Below, piece after piece: positions 1-7,695 of a stretch of DNA of 32,000 nt. The stretch lies in the NCBI GenBank assembly GCA_016933055.1, contig JAFGBS010000004.1, forward strand, positions 360,001 to 392,000. Direction: 5' to 3'. Numbering within the stretch: the first letter of the stretch is position 1; the number at the start of each line of letters is the position of its first letter. Made by a program: the position numbers and the translations under genes. Source of the stretch: Promethearchaeota archaeon. Its GTDB lineage: Archaea; Asgardarchaeota; Lokiarchaeia; Sigyniarchaeales; Promethearchaeaceae. The notes under the pieces are model-generated. The model was not told the DNA's origin and did no database searches. It saw only the letters and a list, made by a program, of their open reading frames with translations.

Positions 1-246
1 ATGAATGAGCGGATTTCCTTTAGTTTCACATTTAATAGTATATCCGGGGCCTCCCATACCCGTTCCCTCCGGACATCCTCCTTGAACTACAAATCCTGGA
101 ATTACTCGATGGAACGTTAACCCATTATAAAATCCCTTACGTGTTAAATCTAAGAAATTTTTCACGGTTCCCGGAGCATGTTCCGGATAAAATTCAATCT
201 TAATTATTCCCTTATTCGTTTCCATTTTTACTTGTGGATGAGACAT
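1..246 (-). CDS. Cyclophilin-type peptidyl-prolyl cis-trans isomerase (N-terminal part; runs off the window edge)
   Basis: Not in the ORF track. Manual translation of the minus strand from ATG at 246 gives [74 protein letters not shown], with the cyclophilin motifs FY.G..FHRVI.GF..QGG and GTG.GGPGY. An alternative in-frame ATG lies at 270. Confidence 0.95.
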   Translation of the reverse strand, partial: MSHPQVKMETNKGIIKIEFYPEHAPGTVKNFLDLTRKGFYNGLTFHRVIPGFVVQGGCPEGTGMGGPGYTIKCETKGNPLIH

Positions 247-381
247 AAGAATACTAAGAACCTCCCTCATTTTAATGTAAGGAAGTAATCAAAAAAGTCG
301 CGGTTGCATCACTTGCTATTAGTTATCCCCTTGGTCGGGGAAAAAATAATATATCACTTTCCCCAATTGTAAGATAGTACC

Positions 382-687
382 ATGATTCTTGAGTATTCAC
401 GACGAAGTGATAACCGTATTGGACCTCTCATTATGGTTGCTATGGGAGTATTCCAATTCTATGTGTTTTGGTTTCTTTATTATTCGGTTGAATTGCCCAT
501 TCTGGCTTGTATAAGTGCCTTAGTTGGAACATTCCTGCAAGTCATTGGGATGATAAGACTCTATCAAAGAGCAAAAACTTCTCAAGGAGCCACACTCATC
601 ATTAGCTTGATAATCAGCTTAGTACTTCTATGGAGTTGGTGGATTGTATATTACTTCTTCTTAATACAACAACATATTTTTAATTGA
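382..687 (+). CDS. Small hypothetical membrane protein (about 3 TM helices)
   Basis: 101-aa ORF with three hydrophobic stretches; fills the gap between the PPIase and the zinc-finger gene; no family recognised. Confidence 0.55.
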   Translation: MILEYSRRSDNRIGPLIMVAMGVFQFYVFWFLYYSVELPILACISALVGTFLQVIGMIRLYQRAKTSQGATLIISLIISLVLLWSWWIVYYFFLIQQHIFN

Positions 688-700
688 TTTTACCTCTACC

Positions 701-895
701 TTATTTGCAATTATAACAGAAATTGTAATCGATATTTTCATCTTGGTAATCATCCCCGCACTCCCCTCCAATGCAATAAAATTGTTTGCATTTATCGCAT
801 CTTACTGCGCATTCTTCGCATAAAGTGGCACCACACACTGTACAGACATGCCAATTCCGACTGAAAGTAGATTTACAAATCTCACATTTCGTCAT
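701..895 (-). CDS. Cys-rich multi-zinc-finger protein (64 aa, 12 Cys)
   Basis: Pattern CxxC-x10-CxxC-x4-CxxC-x3-CxxC-x4-C-x4-C-x13-CxxC; its ATG lies 3 nt after the tmk stop codon on the same strand. Confidence 0.75.
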   Translation of the reverse strand: MTKCEICKSTFSRNWHVCTVCGATLCEECAVRCDKCKQFYCIGGECGDDYQDENIDYNFCYNCK

Positions 896-898
896 TTA

Positions 899-1540
899 CT
901 AATCTCCCGCGGAAATAATACTTACTACGCAATCATAAATGGTATTGGCAATTTCTTTTACCGATTTCGCACCGTCTACTATTATATGTTTCTGGGATTG
1001 GGCTCGTTCAAGATATATTTTTCTTACGGAATCTAGAAAATTCACCGTTTCGAATTTTTCTAACGCAAGGGTGGGGTTTTTACGGGCTAGGGAAACCCGG
1101 GGATCAATATCGATGATGAAGGTGAGATCGGGCTGGGGAGCAAATTGATTAATTGCTAACACCCAGTTTATATCCATATGTTTAAAGGGAGAGTTTTCGA
1201 TCTTTTCTTCTAATTTTCCTTGGGCTGTCTGATAGGCAATTGATGCTTCTAAATACCTATCACTAACGACTACATATCCTTCCTCCAACTTTGGGAGAAT
1301 TTCATAATAATAATGTTCCACACGGTCAGCTGCAAATAGTAATGCATCGGTTGCGATGGGAGCGGTTTCATTCTGTAAATACTCTCGTAATAAATTTCCA
1401 ACGGGTAATTTGGAGGGTTCATGCGTAAGATGCACTTTTATTCCACATTCAATTAATTTCGCACCTAATTTTGCCGTTTGTGTAGTGGAACCACAACCAT
1501 CTATTCCATCAATGACGATGAAAACTCCTTGGTCGTCCAT
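899..1540 (-). CDS. tmk: Thymidylate kinase (dTMP kinase), variant P-loop
   Basis: FIVIDGIDGCGSTTQ (P-loop region), THEPS, LLFAADR, VVSDRY..S..AYQ and PDLTFIIDIDP are all TMPK motifs. Confidence 0.92.
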   Translation of the reverse strand: MDDQGVFIVIDGIDGCGSTTQTAKLGAKLIECGIKVHLTHEPSKLPVGNLLREYLQNETAPIATDALLFAADRVEHYYYEILPKLEEGYVVVSDRYLEASIAYQTAQGKLEEKIENSPFKHMDINWVLAINQFAPQPDLTFIIDIDPRVSLARKNPTLALEKFETVNFLDSVRKIYLERAQSQKHIIVDGAKSVKEIANTIYDCVVSIISAGD

Positions 1541-1697
1541 AAGTGATCGTGCGATTTCTTCTTTAAAAACATTATAACCAATTCATTAATCTGTCCCTAA
1601 AAGGTGCGATAGTAATAGAAAAGAATGAAGGATAATTCACTTAGGTCGAAGGAATGTATATTATTTAAAGAAACGTAGGAGGATTTTACCTTCTACC

Positions 1698-1754
1698 AGA
1701 GTCGAACTCGTTAATTATTTAAGCTTATATCGTTCATAAGCTGATATCGACTCT
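1698..1754. promoter_or_regulatory. Nested inverted repeat in the divergent tmk / transglutaminase-operon promoter region
   Basis: AGAGTCGA (1698-1705) pairs with TCGACTCT (1747-1754); inner AGCTTAT (1722-1728) pairs with ATAAGCT (1736-1742) and overlaps a TTATAT TATA-like element. Function is inferred only. Confidence 0.3.
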
Positions 1755-1791
1755 TTTTATCATTCATTCAACAAACAATTAGGTACGGATA

Positions 1792-4700
1792 ATGTCGGAG
1801 CAACCAAAATCAGAAGGCAGTTTGAAAAAACAACTGATTTCGTTGGGTATTATTGTAGTCCTTGTAGTGGGAGGATGGTATCTCTCAGCAGTAGTTTCAG
1901 AAGCGATTTTTCAAAGAGGAAAATATGTCTCCGTGGACATATTGGGTGAAACCCCTTTCTTCCCCACGGATAATACTCCGATTTCGCCCCCTAATTTTAC
2001 TCCTCCTGATGATTGGAGTGGTTTCGACCCCTCTTTATTAGATTTATTAGCTGGTTTACCATTTTTGGCGGGGGCATTGGGGAATTTTACGGATCTGGAA
2101 CAATTCAACACAGTTGCTTTCCGTGTGTATGCCGGATCTGCTACTACGTTACAAGATGATAATTTATGGAGATATAGTGCTTATGATGAGTATCAAAGCA
2201 ATGGTTGGGCTCGTTCGGTTGAATATAATTATCCGTTAGATCAGAATTGGAACAGCGGCCTTTTTGCCAACGAATATCAAATTCGTGTTCCCTATGGATC
2301 GGAGCAACAAATTGCAATCGCATTACCCAGCGTTTTCCCTTATCCTGCGGTAAATAATTTCTGGTTGGAACCCGGGACATTTTCGAGTCAAACTCTTAAT
2401 ATTGATTCCCAAAACGGATCGTCTATAACATTTACTCAACAAGATGCGGTAGAAGGAAATTTAACTTATACCTTATATGGTAATAATCCTACCCCCGAGG
2501 ATCAATATCAAAATAACTGTGATGTGCCAGCAAATGCACCACAAATAATTAAAAATCAGTATTTACAGTTCCCAAATGGAGGTAAGGTGCAATATGCAGC
2601 AGATAAACCTAGTTATCAAAACGCAGTTTCCACCATTGAAGGAATTATTTTATCATTATATGGATACATGGGAAACCAAATTCCTTACAATATGCGCACC
2701 TATGACATTGTAGAGATTATCCGCACATATTTAGAAGATAATTTCTCCGTTGACATGTCTTTCCCCTTTGAGAGACCTGGTTCGGGAGATGACGTAGTAG
2801 AATGGTTTCTTTCTCGTGGTTCGGGATTACCGATGGATTTTGCGGCAGCCTTCGTAATGTTATGCCGCTGGTTTGAGGTTCCCTGTAGGTACGCTGCGGG
2901 ATACAACTCAAAATATACCTCAGATGAGTATGATCCTTATTGGAATGGCGGAACAAGTTACCGAGATATCCGAATGGTAAATATGGACGCATGGAATGAG
3001 GTATTTATGCCCATGACGGGGGGATTCCCCAGTGAATTTACACCCATATTATTAACCGATGTCTCATTTCCACCACCACCGAGTAATGGAACAACGGGCG
3101 ATCCCATAAACATTCTTATCAATGGAACCTACTCCACTCAAAGCCTATCCTATCGAGGATTTGATGTAGAAATAACCGCTGAATTACCATCTGGTGCGGA
3201 AAATGAGCCTATTACTTTTTATGATCATACAACCGAAGAAAATTTAGCACAATTATATACGAACTCTTTCGGTCGTGCTTCTTATATTTACTCTTTAGAT
3301 AATAGTATTACTGCAGGGGCTCATTTTATTTCAGTCCAAGCAACGATCTTCCAACGGAATGCGTGTGCCATCATTTTGGATGATGAGGTGCAAGTCATGA
3401 TGACGTCACTCAATCCCACCGTCATCAATAGAGCGACGGAAAATGAAACCCAAGTCATCGCATACATCTACGATCCCGAAAATGGAAATCGTGTGAAAAA
3501 TGCAATCCTGCATCCAGTTGTAGTACAAGGAGGGACTGCAATTTCAGATAGTATAGCCCCGCCAAATGATGCCATTAAAGTGGATGATAATGGTGCAATC
3601 AACAAGCTCGTAACGATATCGGAGTATGTAAGTCAAGGATCATACACATTTCGCGTAGATTTCAATGGCACCTATAGTATAATCGACCCCATAACTGGTC
3701 AACCTCAAGAAATTACGATTCCGGGAGGATTAATTGATGATTCAAGTAATGCCCTCCCATTCACTATTATTGATGACAATCAAAAAATATTTGATCTATA
3801 TGTGGATAGTGGAAGTGTTGGAGAAGATACTGCTTTTTATAAAACCCGTGGTGTTTCGATCGATTTTGATGTTTATCTCCGACAAGGGTTAGTGGATGTA
3901 TCGGGAGGAATTGTCGAAATCCGAGATCGTACCTATGACGATTTTCTTGTAGCTACCTTAATCACAGCGATAGATGGAACCGCTTCTACTACTTATTCGT
4001 TAAGTACGGATTATGCTCATTGGGTTGCTGGTGTTCATGAATTATATGGCATTTGGACGAATGGTGGGGGACGGCTGAATCAATCCTATTATCTTATAGT
4101 GGATGAACCTTTAACAATACAAATAACTAACACTCCTGGTCCCACAGTGGATAGAACGGGAGGTACCTCAGAATTGCAAGTTCAAGGAATTCTCTATGAT
4201 GCAGATCCTCTCGTAATGTCGTATAGTCGCTATGGATGGATGAGTGTTCTATTACGACATGCTACTACTCTAAATGATTACACCAGTGTCTTAACCGGAG
4301 ATATTCCTTATTTCAATAGCCCAACGGGTACATGGACTCGAAATCATGGAGTTCAAGCCACCACTCCTCTTGGAAACTATGAAGTATATGCCGCGTTTAA
4401 TGGGAATTGGGAACTTCCCAACGGTTTTACTGTGTCAGATGCATCGTTTTATGTGGTATCCGCATATAATCTCATTACAATAATTGATCCCAGTGATATT
4501 AATATTGAATTTGAGATTGATGGAACTCCTACACAAACCACGTATTTTGGGTCTTCCGCACCGTCATATACTCGCTACCAAACGGTGAATTTATATGCGC
4601 GAATTTGGCAGGGAGGAATTAATCCGAGCGGAGTAGCGGTGAATTTTTATGATGAAACCACAGGTACTCAAATCGGCTCAACCCAATATACAAACGGATG

Positions 4701-5499
4701 GGGAGAGGTAACGCTCCCTTTCACATTGGGCAACTCCTGGACAGCGGGTCTTAATAAGATTAGCGTAGCGTATGGTACTAATAAAAATTATTCTCAGATT
4801 TACCTAAACGCACCTATGCAAGTATACATAGTTTCATCTCCTCCTACATCTGGAGTGCGTGTATCAGATCAAATGATAATATCTGGGGTGATTCGGGATT
4901 CCCTCAATCTTAATCCTGTTAAGGGTGCTGAAGTCCGATTAGATGTATACGATGGCGCAACTGATAAAACAGATGAAATTACCACTTGGGTTAGTCCCTC
5001 TACAGGTAGGTATACCTTTACCAGTCAATCCGATGGTACATTTCAGATATTATGGAGAATGCCAATCCACTTCCAGTTTAATTATGATGTGAGTGTAACC
5101 TTTACAGGATTTCAGCAAGATCTCTCACCTGAGTGTCAGGCAAATTACAATAATCCGGCACAAGCATCATCTTCAGGGACCTATGTAACTCAAGTAATTG
5201 CGGGAGTGGAATTAACCGCTGAATACTCCCCACATCCATTCGTTATGGGTCAACCCGTATGGGTACGTGGATATTTGACCTATGATAATGGTACGGCTAT
5301 TGTAGGGGAATCGGTTACTATCACTTTTTATGATAGTGGAGATAATCCCTTGCATACCAACACAGTTACCACCAATGGTGCAGGTAATTATACATACTCC
5401 CCAACGCTTACATGGCAATATACGGATACAATTTATGTCGAATATGCGGGTGGAACCGCAATAGATGGCACGAGCACCCAAGCTGCCTATATACCTTAA
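1792..5499 (+). CDS. Large membrane-anchored transglutaminase-like (probable pseudoenzyme) protein with tandem Ig-like beta-sandwich repeats
   Basis: N-terminal TM (LISLGIIVVLVVGGWYL). WRYSAYDEYQSNGW resembles the TgpA N-terminal-type region. The transglutaminase core is VEWFLSRGSGLPMDFAAAFVMLCRWFEVPCRYAAGY...DAWNEV. About 800 aa of beta-rich, Thr/Gly/Tyr-rich repeats follow. Confidence 0.85.
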   Translation: MSEQPKSEGSLKKQLISLGIIVVLVVGGWYLSAVVSEAIFQRGKYVSVDILGETPFFPTDNTPISPPNFTPPDDWSGFDPSLLDLLAGLPFLAGALGNFTDLEQFNTVAFRVYAGSATTLQDDNLWRYSAYDEYQSNGWARSVEYNYPLDQNWNSGLFANEYQIRVPYGSEQQIAIALPSVFPYPAVNNFWLEPGTFSSQTLNIDSQNGSSITFTQQDAVEGNLTYTLYGNNPTPEDQYQNNCDVPANAPQIIKNQYLQFPNGGKVQYAADKPSYQNAVSTIEGIILSLYGYMGNQIPYNMRTYDIVEIIRTYLEDNFSVDMSFPFERPGSGDDVVEWFLSRGSGLPMDFAAAFVMLCRWFEVPCRYAAGYNSKYTSDEYDPYWNGGTSYRDIRMVNMDAWNEVFMPMTGGFPSEFTPILLTDVSFPPPPSNGTTGDPINILINGTYSTQSLSYRGFDVEITAELPSGAENEPITFYDHTTEENLAQLYTNSFGRASYIYSLDNSITAGAHFISVQATIFQRNACAIILDDEVQVMMTSLNPTVINRATENETQVIAYIYDPENGNRVKNAILHPVVVQGGTAISDSIAPPNDAIKVDDNGAINKLVTISEYVSQGSYTFRVDFNGTYSIIDPITGQPQEITIPGGLIDDSSNALPFTIIDDNQKIFDLYVDSGSVGEDTAFYKTRGVSIDFDVYLRQGLVDVSGGIVEIRDRTYDDFLVATLITAIDGTASTTYSLSTDYAHWVAGVHELYGIWTNGGGRLNQSYYLIVDEPLTIQITNTPGPTVDRTGGTSELQVQGILYDADPLVMSYSRYGWMSVLLRHATTLNDYTSVLTGDIPYFNSPTGTWTRNHGVQATTPLGNYEVYAAFNGNWELPNGFTVSDASFYVVSAYNLITIIDPSDINIEFEIDGTPTQTTYFGSSAPSYTRYQTVNLYARIWQGGINPSGVAVNFYDETTGTQIGSTQYTNGWGEVTLPFTLGNSWTAGLNKISVAYGTNKNYSQIYLNAPMQVYIVSSPPTSGVRVSDQMIISGVIRDSLNLNPVKGAEVRLDVYDGATDKTDEITTWVSPSTGRYTFTSQSDGTFQILWRMPIHFQFNYDVSVTFTGFQQDLSPECQANYNNPAQASSSGTYVTQVIAGVELTAEYSPHPFVMGQPVWVRGYLTYDNGTAIVGESVTITFYDSGDNPLHTNTVTTNGAGNYTYSPTLTWQYTDTIYVEYAGGTAIDGTSTQAAYIP

Positions 5500-5603
5500 C
5501 AAATTCCTCATCTTTTCATATTCATAATCTGAGATGAAAATATTTAGGCAACATACACTAACACATATACATAAAAGCTAATAGAACATGGAGTAGTACA
5601 TGA

Positions 5604-7211
5604 ATGTCCACATTCTCACAGATTAGAAAACGAATTGCACACTCAATCGGACGTTCACGTGGTACTTCCATAATGAAAATTTCTCTCAGTTTTCTGTTGA
5701 TCCTTGTGCTCCTATGTATTACTTATCATTCCCCTATGCAAAAAGAGAATCTGAACATAACCTTAACTCCCCGCTCCTCAATCCGTACAATTACAGGAAA
5801 TGTGACATTGTCGGGATTAAATACTACTACCGCTACCTATGGAGATGATATAATTTTGTATGGACATGCCGAAAGATGGGATGGAGGAGGGCTAATGTGG
5901 GTACCCTATATTGGAGAAATCTATTTAGTAGTAAACGATAACCCCAAAACGGATGTTACGACGGATACCGACGGATCCGGGGATTTTGAGCTTATATTCA
6001 CGGTCCAGAGTGATTGGCCGGTAACTCCAGATGTCAAAATAGAAGCAAACACGTCTCAAGGGGGTTATGATACGTTCTGCTATGATCAATTATATCTAGA
6101 TGTGGATGCAACCGCGGAGATCACCATCGAAATGGATTTATTACCTGGATTAGAAGGAAAATCCTATGAAAATTACCCTGTTCGAGGAGAGATCAGACTT
6201 AATTCGGGTTTAGCGTATAGCGGACCATCATTTGAAATTGAATTCTGGTACGGTGATATTAGTACAGGAGAATATTACAAAAATATAACCGTTCAATCCG
6301 ATGGGTCTTATTCCGATTTTGTAGAAATACGAACTGAATTCTCTTCCTATACGCTTCATTGGGATGGCAATGATGACGTGATCGGAAATACCCAGCAGTT
6401 TGATTTTAATACTATTAACGGAATTGACGTTATATGGAATTTGCCTACCCGGATTTATGCCAATCAAACAGAAACCATAGGATTTACCCTACATAAAAAC
6501 ACCAATCCAGAGGAAGTCCTTGCAAGGAGCAATGTGACTTGGATCATTACTGGTCCCGCAAGTGGATCTGGAACCGTATTACTTTCAGTTGGGGGATCTT
6601 TTACCCAGTCTTTCACATTCCCCATCGAAGGTGAGTACACATTGATGGTAGTTGTTAATCAGTATCACTCGGAATGGGGAGAAGAAAATGTTACGGCTTC
6701 TTGGACGGTCCAAACTACCTTCAACGTTCGCGTAGCGACAGTTTTCAGTAATTTGCCCTGGCAATTTATTGTGATCGGCGTTGTTGCGGCAGGGATCGTC
6801 GTGGGAATTATTTTCCTTCAAAGATGGTTAATGAAACTGCGCGTTCAGCGAGATAGAAGTAAAATTGCCGCAGATATTGAAGCTCGTCTCAAAAATGTAC
6901 GATTATTGTATGAAGTGGGTAGAGTAAAAGAGGCCCTTGCCTATCTTTATGTTACTTACACCGAAATCGCATTATTCAAATATGGCATAGAGAAACGTTT
7001 ATCTCAAACCACCACTGAGTTCGCGATACTAATGGTAAAGCAGTTTGGGCAAAATCCACAAAATATTTATCCTTTTATCCAAGAAATTGAGCAAGTCGTA
7101 TATGGGGGATATCCACACAACAAACAAGTATTCAATCATATAATTGAACTGTTTGCTCGTATCTATTTGGAATTGATGGAAAAACCACTTCCTTCATTCC
7201 AATTAAGTTAA
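5604..7211 (+). CDS. Surface protein: signal/TM, Ig-like domains, TM helix, cytoplasmic DUF4129-like domain
   Basis: Hydrophobic segment ISLSFLLILVLLCITY (true start may be the internal MKIS Met), beta-rich extracellular part, TM WQFIVIGVVAAGIVVGIIFL, then KEALAYLY...SQTTTEFA...IEQVVYGG, typical of DUF4129-like C-terminal domains. Confidence 0.75.
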   Translation: MSTFSQIRKRIAHSIGRSRGTSIMKISLSFLLILVLLCITYHSPMQKENLNITLTPRSSIRTITGNVTLSGLNTTTATYGDDIILYGHAERWDGGGLMWVPYIGEIYLVVNDNPKTDVTTDTDGSGDFELIFTVQSDWPVTPDVKIEANTSQGGYDTFCYDQLYLDVDATAEITIEMDLLPGLEGKSYENYPVRGEIRLNSGLAYSGPSFEIEFWYGDISTGEYYKNITVQSDGSYSDFVEIRTEFSSYTLHWDGNDDVIGNTQQFDFNTINGIDVIWNLPTRIYANQTETIGFTLHKNTNPEEVLARSNVTWIITGPASGSGTVLLSVGGSFTQSFTFPIEGEYTLMVVVNQYHSEWGEENVTASWTVQTTFNVRVATVFSNLPWQFIVIGVVAAGIVVGIIFLQRWLMKLRVQRDRSKIAADIEARLKNVRLLYEVGRVKEALAYLYVTYTEIALFKYGIEKRLSQTTTEFAILMVKQFGQNPQNIYPFIQEIEQVVYGGYPHNKQVFNHIIELFARIYLELMEKPLPSFQLS

Positions 7212-7298
7212 ATCAAGTTCACGACAGTTATTTAGCACATACAATCTCTACATCATCTATTCCAAATAAAAAAAACACCAAAACCTTGAGGGTTTTTT

Positions 7299-7670
7299 AT
7301 GGCACGAAAAAAGAAAGATACTACTGAATCATTAAATGTTTCATCTAAATTCGAAAATGTAAAAATATTATACAATACTGGAAGAATAAAGGAAGCAATT
7401 GCTTATCTATACACCATTTATACGGATCTCGCATTACAAAAATATGGTGTACGAAAAACGTTTTCTCAAACAGTTAGGGATTTCGCCATTATTATGGTAA
7501 AACAATATGGACAGGATCCGGCAAATATCTACCCATTTATTCAACAAATCGAGAAAGCAATTTATGGAGGATATCCCTCTACACCTGCATTCTTCTTGGA
7601 AATTGTTAAATCATTCGAAAACATTTATCGGGAAATGAGTGGACATCGAATGCCATCTTTGAATCTGTAA
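7299..7670 (+). CDS. Stand-alone soluble DUF4129-like domain protein (paralog of the C-terminus of the upstream gene)
   Basis: Manual alignment gives about 57 of 106 identical residues with the last ~107 aa of 5604..7211; no TM segment. Confidence 0.85.
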   Translation: MARKKKDTTESLNVSSKFENVKILYNTGRIKEAIAYLYTIYTDLALQKYGVRKTFSQTVRDFAIIMVKQYGQDPANIYPFIQQIEKAIYGGYPSTPAFFLEIVKSFENIYREMSGHRMPSLNL

Positions 7671-7695
7671 CTAATAGAAGCATCTTGGGATTAGA

